A stretch of 64,000 bases of DNA from Planctomycetota bacterium (GTDB lineage: Bacteria > Planctomycetota > UBA1135 > UBA2386). Where the stretch lies: the NCBI GenBank assembly GCA_965223545.1, contig OZ245006.1, positions 5,760,001 to 5,824,000 on the forward strand. Reading direction: 5' to 3'. Below, one piece after another: positions 55,377 through 64,000 of the stretch; the first letter of the stretch is position 1; each line of letters begins with the position of its first letter. A model generated the notes under the pieces. It was given only the letters and a program-made list of their open reading frames with translations. It was not told the DNA's origin and searched no databases. Both the position numbers and the translations under genes were made by a program.

Positions 55377-57110
55377 ATGCGGGTGATGCGCACCTTCGTC
55401 TTCACCGCATTCGTCGTGGCCGGGCTCGGCGGGCTCGTCGCGGCGCAATCCGGCAACAACGTGTTGATCGTCGTCGCCGACGACCTCGGCGTCGATCACG
55501 TCCGAGTCTACGGCGAGGGCACGACCACGCCGGCGACGACCAACCTCGACGCCCTCGCCGGGCGCGGGGTGCTGTTCCGCAACGCGTGGGCCTACCCGAC
55601 GTGCTCGCCGACGCGCGCCGCGCTGAACACCGGGCGCCATCCCTTCCGCACCGGCGTCGGCAGCCCCGGGGCCCAGTTGGCGACCAACGAGTTCACCGTC
55701 CCCGAGGTGCTGGACGCGCAGAGCTCGGGCTACGCGCACGCCTGGATCGGCAAGTGGCACCTGGGATCCAATCGCGCGACGGCGCACCCGACCGACGCCG
55801 GCTGGTCGCACTTCACCGGTTTGCTCGGCGGCGGTGTTCCCGACTACTACCGCTGGCCGCGCGTCGCCAACGGCGTCAGCAGCATCTCGACGACGTACTC
55901 CACGACCCAGATCGTCGACGACGCGCTCGCGTGGATCCAACAACAGCAAACGCCGTGGCTGTGCGTCGTCGCGTTCAACGCCCCGCACACTCCGTACCAC
56001 AGTCCCCCGGCGCATCTCCACTCGCAGGTGCTCGCCGGTCTCGACCCGAGCACCACTCCTTTCCCGTTCTATCAGGCCGCGGTGGAGGCGATGGATGCCG
56101 AGATTGGCCGATTGTTCGCGACCCTCGGAACCGTGATGGACTCGACCAACGTGGTCTTCCTCGGCGACAACGGCACACCCCGGCAGGTCTCTCGGGCGCC
56201 GTTCTCGCCGCGGCACGCCAAGGGCACTGCGTACGAGGGCGGCGCCGGTGTGCCGTTCATCGTCGCCGGACCCGTGGTCGTCGGCGGAGGGCGCGAAGTC
56301 TCGGCGCTGGTCTCGGCCGTCGATCTGCCGGCCGCGATCGGCGCGCTGGCGGGCGTCGACCACCGTACGCCCCTGGTCATGAGCGACTCGGTCAGCTTCG
56401 TGCCCTACTTGACCGACCCCGCGCAGGCGCCGTTGCGTGCCGCGCTCTACACCGAGTCGTTCTCCAACGGTGCCAATCCATCAACCGACGGCTTCGCCGC
56501 CGCGCGCGACTCGAGCTACAAGCTGATCCAGCGCCTCGCGCCGACGGGGGTTACCGAGGAGGTGTACGACCTGGTCCAGGATCCGTTCGAGACGCGCAAC
56601 TTGGTGTCGCTCGGGCTGGGCGCCGCCGCGCAGAGCGCGCGGGATCGGCTTGCCGCCCACATCGCCGCGGTGCGCGACACGACCGGTCGTTTCGAGAGCT
56701 ATGGGAGCACCGCGTGCGCTGGCACTGGCGGCATCCCACAGCTCGTCGGTACCGGCACTCCGCGCGCCGGCGGCAGCTACGGTCTCACGCTCACCCGCGG
56801 CGCCGCGGGTCAGCCGGCGCTGTTCGCCATCGGCGCTTTCGACGACGTCTTTCTGGGGCTTCCGCTGCCGTTTGATCTGGCCCGGATCGGCGGCGGACCC
56901 GGATGTCTGCTCTGGTCCTCGGCGGAAGCGCATCTGGTCGTCCCCACCGACGCTGCCGGCTCCGCCTCGGTGTCGGTGGTGATCCCGGCGCTGGCCGTCG
57001 CCGTCGGCGGCGCGGTGCACCACACGGCGCTGGTCGTCGATCCGTTCGCGCAGCAGAACCCAGCTGGCTTGACCGCGACGGCCGGGGTGCGGGCGATCCT
57101 CGGCCGGTGA
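55377..57110 (+). CDS. Secreted Cys-type sulfatase with C-terminal extension
   Basis: NVLIVVADDLG, CSPTRAALNTG, GKWHLG, NAPHTP, GDNG, KGTAYEGG. Confidence 0.93.
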   Translation: MRVMRTFVFTAFVVAGLGGLVAAQSGNNVLIVVADDLGVDHVRVYGEGTTTPATTNLDALAGRGVLFRNAWAYPTCSPTRAALNTGRHPFRTGVGSPGAQLATNEFTVPEVLDAQSSGYAHAWIGKWHLGSNRATAHPTDAGWSHFTGLLGGGVPDYYRWPRVANGVSSISTTYSTTQIVDDALAWIQQQQTPWLCVVAFNAPHTPYHSPPAHLHSQVLAGLDPSTTPFPFYQAAVEAMDAEIGRLFATLGTVMDSTNVVFLGDNGTPRQVSRAPFSPRHAKGTAYEGGAGVPFIVAGPVVVGGGREVSALVSAVDLPAAIGALAGVDHRTPLVMSDSVSFVPYLTDPAQAPLRAALYTESFSNGANPSTDGFAAARDSSYKLIQRLAPTGVTEEVYDLVQDPFETRNLVSLGLGAAAQSARDRLAAHIAAVRDTTGRFESYGSTACAGTGGIPQLVGTGTPRAGGSYGLTLTRGAAGQPALFAIGAFDDVFLGLPLPFDLARIGGGPGCLLWSSAEAHLVVPTDAAGSASVSVVIPALAVAVGGAVHHTALVVDPFAQQNPAGLTATAGVRAILGR

Positions 57111-57158
57111 GTCTGCGCGGGCAGCCCGCCCAGGATGCGGTCCCTCGGCTCGCAAGAG

Positions 57159-58217
57159 TCACGGCGCGATCGGTTGTCCACCCACGCTCCCCGCCAGCAG
57201 CTGGGAGGCGACACCGAACATCTCGACTTCTACCGGGCCCACGCCGCGCGCCAGCGACAGGGCGCAGTCGATCGTTCGCGACTGCCCCCGGCTGTCGACT
57301 TGCTGCAGTCGCATGCGCAGGACCAGCAAGCCGTCGAACGTGCCGAGCGGCGTGGTCGTCGACGCTCGGAACTCGGGCGTGATCCGCAGGCGGGCCGTGC
57401 CGGTGTAGTTCTGCGCGGTGCTGCCGTAGGGCTCGAACCCCTTTAGCGTGTAAGCCGCTTCGATGGGTTGGCCGAGGGTGACCGCGGGTGGCGCGAACGG
57501 CACCGCTGCGTGCACCTCTTGATAGCCCGATCCACCGGTGGTCGTGCGCACGCCTCGCATGCCGCTGCCGCCGTTGGTGAGTTCGAGGTAGAACGCCAGG
57601 TCCTCGCGCGGGCGCTCGAACGCTAGAACCACCAGGGTTTCGCCGGGGAAGTTGGGCTCGTCGGTGACCTCGACGGCGGTCACGGTCAGGTCGTTGTCCA
57701 GCTCCCAGCGGTTGCCGTCCTGAAGGGGGAGTAACTCGGAAGTGGGGACGCCGCCGAAGAGGCGTTCGCCGACCCACGCGGTGACCGGCTCCGATATGGC
57801 TGCGGTCGCGCTCGGCTCGCTCGCGGCGGCGGTCGTGTCGAGCTCGATGACGCCGCTCGGGCCCCGCGCCAGCAGTACTGGCGGCGAGCCGGCGCGCGCG
57901 TTCTCGTCGAACGGCAGCGTCAGCAGCAAGGGCTGCAACAGTTGCAGGTTGCCCGGCCGGAGCTCGATCGCGGGCCCGATGGCGACGAAGCCGGGATGGG
58001 CGATGGGGCGGGCCTCGGCGATCGAGATGCGTTGCGGCCGCGCCAGGGCCCCCTCGGGGAACTCTGCGACGGTGCCGGCGAGCGGTCCCTCGCTGATCGA
58101 CAGCATGCCGCCGCTCGGTCCGATGCCGAGCTCTTCGGCCGTCGTGCCTGTCGACCCGTCGGTGCACGCCAGCGGCAAGAAGAGGAGGAGGAGTCGCAGA
58201 GGTGTTCGCTTGCGCAT
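57159..58217 (-). CDS. Hypothetical lipoprotein with ZU5-like N-terminal domain
   Basis: LPLAC lipobox; IGPSGG...FPEGAL...GPAIEL pattern. Confidence 0.7.
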   Translation of the reverse strand: MRKRTPLRLLLLFLPLACTDGSTGTTAEELGIGPSGGMLSISEGPLAGTVAEFPEGALARPQRISIAEARPIAHPGFVAIGPAIELRPGNLQLLQPLLLTLPFDENARAGSPPVLLARGPSGVIELDTTAAASEPSATAAISEPVTAWVGERLFGGVPTSELLPLQDGNRWELDNDLTVTAVEVTDEPNFPGETLVVLAFERPREDLAFYLELTNGGSGMRGVRTTTGGSGYQEVHAAVPFAPPAVTLGQPIEAAYTLKGFEPYGSTAQNYTGTARLRITPEFRASTTTPLGTFDGLLVLRMRLQQVDSRGQSRTIDCALSLARGVGPVEVEMFGVASQLLAGSVGGQPIAP

Positions 58218-58437
58218 GGGGCTTGGTGGGTGAACGACTCCACCAATGCACCGGGTCGGACCCGTTCCACTCAACCGCGGAGTCGGTTAAGAAGCCATGA
58301 AGCGGGGGCGTGCGTTCGATGCGGGGCGTGTGAACGACCTGCCAAGTCGGCGTCAAGTGTTGAGACCACCGGATCGGAGGCCTGCTGGATTGGTTATGGA
58401 GCAGGCAGACCAGAGTCGATTTCGCATCGAACCGAAC

Positions 58438-60807
58438 ATGTCTCCACTGAACTCACGGTTTCTGATCACTGTCCTGCTTCTGCCCGCCGCAGCTGCGCAG
58501 GCACCGCATTCCATTCACCCGCTGTCGACGACGGGCGTCGCCGGCGGAGTCGCCGAGATCGTCGACGCGACGGACGACGGGCGGACGCTCGTCTACACCG
58601 ATTCTGGCGCTGGTGCGCTCGGTGTCGTCGACCTGTCCGATCCCGCGGCGCCCGTGCAGCTGGCCAGCTTGCCGGTCGCCGGCGAGCCGACCAGCGTCGC
58701 GGTGTGCGGTCGCTGGGCCCTCGCGACTGTTTGGACCGACAAGCCGACCCACGGCGGCGCACCGCCGGCCTTCCTGCCCGGCGAGCTGGCGGTCGTCGAC
58801 CTCGTGGATCCGCGCGCGCCGGTGATCACCGGCACCGTCGACATCGGCTATCACCCGGACAGTCTGCGCGCGACTGTCATCGGCAATCAGCTGATCGCCG
58901 TGGTTGCCATCGAAAACGAGCCGGTGGTGGTGCAGGGCGGACTGGTCATCGACGAGGATCGCCCCGGCAGCCCTGACGACGTCTCGCCCCCGGGCCTGAT
59001 CCAGATCGTGGTCCTGGATCCTGTGTCGCCCGGGCGGTCGGTGGTCATCGACCTGCCGCTGCCGGCGGCGAGGCTGGCTGCGGCCGGGCTGCTGTACCCC
59101 TCGGATCCGCAGCCGGAGTTCGTTGCCCTTCACGGCACGACCGCGGCAATCTCATTGCAGGAGAACAACGGGATCGCGGTCGTCGACCTGCAGGATCCCC
59201 ACAACCCGATTCTGGCGCGCGTGTTCGGTCTCGGTGTCGCGGCCAGCCGCGATGCCGACCTGACCGAAGACGACGACATCCGATTCATCGAGCGCTATCC
59301 GGACGCGATCGGCGTCAGCAAGCCGGCGCCGTTGGATGGCGGCGGCAACCCTGTGCCGGGAGGCGTGCGCTTCCCCGATGCGATCGCCTTCACGCCAGAC
59401 GGCAATGCGTTGCTCAGCGCCGACGAAGGCGAGCTGAATTTCACCGGTGGTCGTGGCTTCAGCGTTTGGAGTCTCGATGGCAGCTTGATCTGGAGTGACG
59501 TCGGACTCCTGGAGCGCGTTGCCGTCGTGTTCGGCCACTACCCCGAGGGTCGCTCCGAGAACAAGGGAATCGAGATCGAGGGCATTGCGACGTCGCGCGT
59601 CTCGGGGCGTGACTACGCCCTGGTGCTGTCCGAGCGCGGCTCGTTCATGGCCGTGTTCGGCATCGATGACCCGGCGGCGCCGCGCTTGCTGCAGGTCCTG
59701 CCGACCGGCGTCTCGCCGGAGGGCATCGCCTTCCTGCCGCAGCGAGACTTGCTCGTCACCGCCGACGAGGTTTCCGGAACCCTAAGCGTGTTTGGCGCCC
59801 TTCGTGGCCGGTACCGCCCCGACCGCGATCAACCGCAGCTGTTCTCTGCCGACGGCACGCCGTGGGCTGCGTTGTCCGGCCTCGCCGCGGCGGGGTTGGC
59901 GGACACGTTCTGGGCGGTGCCGGACAACGCGTTGCCCACCTCGATCTACGCGGTGGTCGCCGGCGGACATTATGCGCCGGTGCTCCGCTACCGCGCCGTG
60001 CGCCGCAATGGCAAGCAGGCGCGCTACGACGGCGAAGGCATCGCGGTCGACACCTCGATCCTGGCTGCCGGCGGGCATCCCCTCAACCGGGGGTGGTGGC
60101 TGGCGAGCGAAGGCGACGCGCAATCGGCGCCGAACCTCTTTGTGCAGGTCGATCCGAGCGGCGCTGTCGTGCGCGAGATCCAGCTGCCGGCACACATCGA
60201 TCCGGCCTCCGATCCAGCGCTCGGTGGCGCGGCGGTCGGCCCCGCCGGCGGTCAGACCATCCGCAGCAACGGGTTCGAGGGTTGCGCGGTGTCGGCAGAT
60301 GGTCGCTACCTGCTGGCCTGTATCCAGCGGGACTTCGTCGACGAGTTCCCGACCGGCAATCGCTACGCGCGGATCGCGCGCTACGACCTGCGGCAGATCG
60401 CCCGCGGCACGGCGCCTTCCAGCGGGCTGCGCTTCGGCGGCGACTGGGAGTTCTTCTACGTGCCGCTGGACTCCAACGACCCGACCAACTGGGCCGGGTT
60501 GTCGGAGGTCACGGTGCTCGGCGCCGATCGATACGCCGTTCTCGAGCGCGACAAGGAGCTGGGGCTCGCGAGCCAGCTCAAGCGCGTCTACTCCTTTTCC
60601 CTGCAAGGGCTGACGCCGGATGTCGATGGCTTGCCGGACGCGAGCGACACGGTCGGCAAGTCGCTGCTGCGCGAACTGCTGCCCCTCTTCTTCCCGTACG
60701 AGAAGGTCGAGGGGATGGCCTTGACCGGCCGAGGCGAACTCTGGGTGGGGCTCGACAACGACGGTGGCGAGGTCGAACCGCGCTTGGTCAACACCGGAAG
60801 GCTCTGA
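58438..60807 (+). CDS. Secreted beta-propeller protein: alkaline-phosphatase/choice-of-anchor-I-like domain plus phytase-like esterase domain
   Basis: GEPTSVA, PQPEFV, LQENN, YPEGRSENKG, SERGS, NGFEG, EKVEG, DNDG. Confidence 0.85.
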   Translation: MSPLNSRFLITVLLLPAAAAQAPHSIHPLSTTGVAGGVAEIVDATDDGRTLVYTDSGAGALGVVDLSDPAAPVQLASLPVAGEPTSVAVCGRWALATVWTDKPTHGGAPPAFLPGELAVVDLVDPRAPVITGTVDIGYHPDSLRATVIGNQLIAVVAIENEPVVVQGGLVIDEDRPGSPDDVSPPGLIQIVVLDPVSPGRSVVIDLPLPAARLAAAGLLYPSDPQPEFVALHGTTAAISLQENNGIAVVDLQDPHNPILARVFGLGVAASRDADLTEDDDIRFIERYPDAIGVSKPAPLDGGGNPVPGGVRFPDAIAFTPDGNALLSADEGELNFTGGRGFSVWSLDGSLIWSDVGLLERVAVVFGHYPEGRSENKGIEIEGIATSRVSGRDYALVLSERGSFMAVFGIDDPAAPRLLQVLPTGVSPEGIAFLPQRDLLVTADEVSGTLSVFGALRGRYRPDRDQPQLFSADGTPWAALSGLAAAGLADTFWAVPDNALPTSIYAVVAGGHYAPVLRYRAVRRNGKQARYDGEGIAVDTSILAAGGHPLNRGWWLASEGDAQSAPNLFVQVDPSGAVVREIQLPAHIDPASDPALGGAAVGPAGGQTIRSNGFEGCAVSADGRYLLACIQRDFVDEFPTGNRYARIARYDLRQIARGTAPSSGLRFGGDWEFFYVPLDSNDPTNWAGLSEVTVLGADRYAVLERDKELGLASQLKRVYSFSLQGLTPDVDGLPDASDTVGKSLLRELLPLFFPYEKVEGMALTGRGELWVGLDNDGGEVEPRLVNTGRL

Positions 60808-60846
60808 GCGTCGCCGCCGGCTCCCGCCCTGGCTGGTTTCCAAGAA

Positions 60847-60877
60847 GGCGAGGGCAAGTGTAGACTCCGCCCTCGCC
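60847..60877. terminator. Hairpin downstream of the phytase-like gene
   Basis: GGCGAGGGC / GCCCTCGCC 9-bp arms; no U tract. Confidence 0.35.
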
Positions 60878-60943
60878 ATTCCCGAGCCTCTCGCATTCCC
60901 CGGAAAGAGCGCGTCCCCGCGCGGCACGGGAAGCGGTGACGGG

Positions 60944-61825
60944 TTGCGTCCACGAAGGCTCCGCTCGGCCTCGACGCTCTTCCTGGTGACACTGTGCGCG
61001 CTCGCGTGCGCGCCGGTGCGCGAGCACACGGGGCCTTGGCAGACCGCGGCGCAGCAGCCTGGCGACGCCGCCAGTCGGGCGGTGCTGCACGCGATGCGCG
61101 ACGACCCATCCGACGTGCCGGAGGCGGAGGCGTTGGCGCACTGGGTCCGCTTGATCTTTCACCGCGGCGCTAGTGGCGATGGCGAAGGTGCCCGCAGCGC
61201 GCTGCGTGACGCGACCGCGGCGCTGCCGGAGCGGCGTGCGCTGTGGGTGGCACTGGGCCGACACCTCGATGGTGAGCGGCCGGAGCCACGCATGACGCCG
61301 CCGCTTGGCGGCGCATCCGACCTGGTGGTCGTGCTGCCGCCCGCCGGTCGAGTGGGCAGCCTGCTCGCCGCCGACGTGGGCCTGGCCGCCGAGCTCGAGC
61401 TGCGCCGCCGCGGAGTGTCGGTCGTGCCGTTCGAAGTCTCTCTCGCGCTGCTGGCCCAAGCCGGCATCGACGCCGAGACCGCGCGCCCCGCCGGCGACGT
61501 CGCCGCCGCCGTGCGCGCGCTCGGGGCGCATGCGTTCTTGGCCATGCGGGTGCGGCGCTGGCAGCTCTCCTCGGCGCGGGCGAACGCGTCACTGGATTGT
61601 GATGTCGATTACCAATGGCGCCGAGCCGCGGACGGCACGATGTCTTGGCGCGACGCCACCACCGGCCCGTGGGCGCTCGGTTTCCAGCCGCGGTTTTTCG
61701 ACAGCGAAGTCGCCCACCGCGAGTTCTTGCGAGGAACGATCCAGCCGCCGGCCGGCCGGGACAACACCAACGCCCTGGAGATCGCGCGCGCCGTCCACCG
61801 CGACGTGTTCCAGCGACTGCCATGA
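60944..61825 (+). CDS. Hypothetical lipoprotein
   Basis: LCALAC lipobox; start approximate. Confidence 0.6.
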   Translation: MRPRRLRSASTLFLVTLCALACAPVREHTGPWQTAAQQPGDAASRAVLHAMRDDPSDVPEAEALAHWVRLIFHRGASGDGEGARSALRDATAALPERRALWVALGRHLDGERPEPRMTPPLGGASDLVVVLPPAGRVGSLLAADVGLAAELELRRRGVSVVPFEVSLALLAQAGIDAETARPAGDVAAAVRALGAHAFLAMRVRRWQLSSARANASLDCDVDYQWRRAADGTMSWRDATTGPWALGFQPRFFDSEVAHREFLRGTIQPPAGRDNTNALEIARAVHRDVFQRLP

Positions 61826-63396
61826 AAGTACGGAGCCAGGCTCCCGTTCATCACCTCGCCCCCCGACCACCCCGCGCTCGACGCAGATCCGGCGCGATCC
61901 TCGGTGTTGCCGCATGGCTTGCACTGACGTGGGTCACGATCGGGTTGTGGCAGCAGAGACACAACACGCTCGAGAGCAACGGTTCGTGGATCACGTCCAA
62001 GAGCGAGCTCGAAGTCGGCACGATCGGTGGAGTGATGTTCCGGGTGACGCGGCCTGCCCTGCACCGGAATCGGCTCGACCTGAGCGCCTGGTTCGGCCAT
62101 CAGGAAGTCGTGCTCGAGCAGCCGGTCGAGGGCTGTGCGACCGTCGCGTTCCGGTTTCGTGTCGACGAAGGCGCACACCTGACCCTTCTGTTCGACGGTG
62201 TCGGTCTCGGCACCGAGGAGGAGGGGTTCCGCGGTCTGCGTCTCAGCCGTCACCCCGTGTTTCCGAGTGCCCTGCTGCGCATGAACGGCAAGCGCCTGTT
62301 CTCCGCCAACCAACCCCTCGAACCGTCGCCGCCGATCGAAGATGGCTGGCACGAGGCCGTCTTTCGTCGAGGAGCGGAGGACTACCGCCTTTGGCTCAAC
62401 GGTCACCCGGTCGCGCGAGGTCCACTCCCTGCCGCGCCGGCTCGACAGCGCGTCGGATTCCGCGGCGGCACAGTCCGCGTGTTGGTCGATGACGTCGCGG
62501 TTGCTGGCGCCGATGGACGGCGCCTCTTCGACGAAGGGTTCGCCGGCCGACGCCCAGCGCTCGGCGTCGCCGCGGCGGTGGGTGGCGCAGCGGCCGTTCT
62601 ACTCGCTGCGATCCTCGTCCTCGTGCGTCGTCGCCCCCGGCGAGCGCCGCCGTCGTTCTATGTCACCACCGTGGCCGCCGCCGCTGCTCTCGCAATTGGC
62701 ACGGTGTGGGGCGTGGACTATCGCTGGCTCTCCGCCCGCTATCCCGCTGACGTGCTGCACGTTCCAGGCTACCGCAACGCGATGTTCGACCGCGGTGAGG
62801 TCGACGCTCTGCCCGCCACGCATGCCTTGCGGGTGGTCTTCGCCGGCAGCTCGCAGACCTTCGGGTGTGGGGCACGCTGGCAGGAGGACCGGTGGACCCG
62901 CCGCGTCGAGCAGCTGTTCAACGCGCAGCATCCCGAGCACCCGATCTCCTGCATCAACCTCGGGGTCTCGGGGGATCGCGTGGCGGACGCGGTGGCGCGG
63001 ATGCACCGGCGCCTGCCGGGCCTTGCACCGGACGTGGTGGTGATCAACTTCGGCCACAACGATCCCAACACCCACGCCTTCGCGACCGCTCTGCTCGAGT
63101 TCATCCAGCTCAACCGGAAGCTCGGCGCCCGCACCATGCTCATGCTCGAGCCGAATGGCATCGAGCCGCCGGTGTTCACGGGTGGCAACCCCCGGCGCCT
63201 CGACAACCATGCCGTGATGCGTCACGTCGCCGAGGTCGGGCAGTTGACGGTTCTCGACGCGCAGGCGGCCATGGATGCCGCGGCCGACCGTGGTTTCTTG
63301 TGGTGGGACGCGGTGCACCAGACGTCGGGTGGCCAGGAAGTGATGGCGCGCTTCGTGGCCGGTGAGTTGGGCCGCCACCTCGGCCGCGGCGATTGA
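61822..63396 (+). CDS. Membrane-anchored SGNH/GDSL hydrolase-domain protein
   Basis: FAGSSQTFG, NLGVSG, NFGHND, DAVH blocks. Confidence 0.85.
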   Translation: MKVRSQAPVHHLAPRPPRARRRSGAILGVAAWLALTWVTIGLWQQRHNTLESNGSWITSKSELEVGTIGGVMFRVTRPALHRNRLDLSAWFGHQEVVLEQPVEGCATVAFRFRVDEGAHLTLLFDGVGLGTEEEGFRGLRLSRHPVFPSALLRMNGKRLFSANQPLEPSPPIEDGWHEAVFRRGAEDYRLWLNGHPVARGPLPAAPARQRVGFRGGTVRVLVDDVAVAGADGRRLFDEGFAGRRPALGVAAAVGGAAAVLLAAILVLVRRRPRRAPPSFYVTTVAAAAALAIGTVWGVDYRWLSARYPADVLHVPGYRNAMFDRGEVDALPATHALRVVFAGSSQTFGCGARWQEDRWTRRVEQLFNAQHPEHPISCINLGVSGDRVADAVARMHRRLPGLAPDVVVINFGHNDPNTHAFATALLEFIQLNRKLGARTMLMLEPNGIEPPVFTGGNPRRLDNHAVMRHVAEVGQLTVLDAQAAMDAAADRGFLWWDAVHQTSGGQEVMARFVAGELGRHLGRGD

Positions 63397-63515
63397 TCTG
63401 GGGCCGCTTGGCGCTTCCTCGGTCGGCGAGCCGCGATCGAGCCACTCCAGGCCCGAGCAAGACACCCGCAGCTCGACAATGGCGGTGGCGGGGCCGAGAC
63501 TCATGCAGCGCAGAC

Positions 63516-64000
63516 ATGATCCGCGAGCACCTGTTCCACAAGACCAACGTCACCGACCCGATGTTCCGCTGGCGCGGCGGTGAGGTTACCCGACTCGAAG
63601 GGTTGTCCGACGGCGTCTTCGCCCTCACGCTCACGCTGCTCGTCATCAACAACGAGGTCCCCGGCACCTTTTACGAGCTGTGGGAGACCACGCTGCGGCT
63701 GCCGATCTTCCTCGCCTGCTTCGCCATGCTGATGATGGCGTGGCGCGATCACTCGCTCTTCTTTCGCCGCTACGGGATCCAGGACTTGCCGATGACCGTG
63801 CTCAACGCGGCGTACCTGTTCCTGATCATCTTCCTCGCGTTCCCGCTGAAGTTTCTGGCGACGTTCCTCTTCAATCTGATCTGGGACCGCGGCGCGTTGC
63901 GCGCGATGTTTGCCCTGCCCGACGGTCAGGAGTGGTCGTTCGCCTTGGGCCAGAACAGCACGATGATGTTGTTCTACGGTGCGGCGCTGATCGGGGTCTT
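63516..64000 (+). CDS. TMEM175/DUF1211-family potassium channel (3' truncated by window edge; not in ORF track)
   Basis: Translates as MIREHLFHK...TRLEGLSDGVFALTLTLLV...W..H..FFRRY. Confidence 0.85.
   Translation, partial: MIREHLFHKTNVTDPMFRWRGGEVTRLEGLSDGVFALTLTLLVINNEVPGTFYELWETTLRLPIFLACFAMLMMAWRDHSLFFRRYGIQDLPMTVLNAAYLFLIIFLAFPLKFLATFLFNLIWDRGALRAMFALPDGQEWSFALGQNSTMMLFYGAALIGV

Noticed and set aside
1..64000. rRNA, tRNA, prophage or defence-system genes
   Set aside because: None recognised by eye; a tRNAscan/Infernal/DefenseFinder run would be needed to exclude them formally

Overview
High-GC bacterial window. The gene content (many large secreted or carboxypeptidase-regulatory-domain proteins, sulfatases, an ECF sigma factor, a Ser/Thr kinase) suggests an uncultured Planctomycetota-like genome; this is inference. 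Ordinary loci include a MoxR-DUF58-transglutaminase operon, an SSS symporter, a HAMP histidine kinase, a GT2, a RhaEW-like aldolase/SDR, an ABC-2 exporter, an acyl-CoA carboxylase operon, sulfatases and a TMEM175-like channel. Two things stand out. (1) A complete IS110-family element (2188-4127) is inserted inside one copy of a modular palindromic repeat family (120-bp A and 81-bp B modules) that also has two empty copies in the window. Its 374-nt left non-coding end contains a readable bridge RNA: two loops with a shared scaffold whose guides match the target repeat (GCCGCAA / TTTGGTT) and the element's own ends (TTAGGAGAT / ACCGT). A TTGACA-17-TATGTG promoter forms only on circularisation, the target and donor cores appear mismatched (AC vs AT), and the recombinase has Thr at the usual catalytic Ser position plus a ~100-aa C-terminal extension. 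(2) A four-gene ECF sigma / zinc-finger anti-sigma / CxxCC-bearing Spy-CnrX-like periplasmic protein / secreted 11-Cys Pro-rich mini-protein module (49783-51611). The same ECF-type promoter (GGAAT-N18-TGTCSAAA) sits in front of both the sigma gene and the mini-protein, making it a candidate metal- or thiol-sensing system with an exported metallothionein-like effector. All family calls come from motif recognition by eye; no database searches were run.
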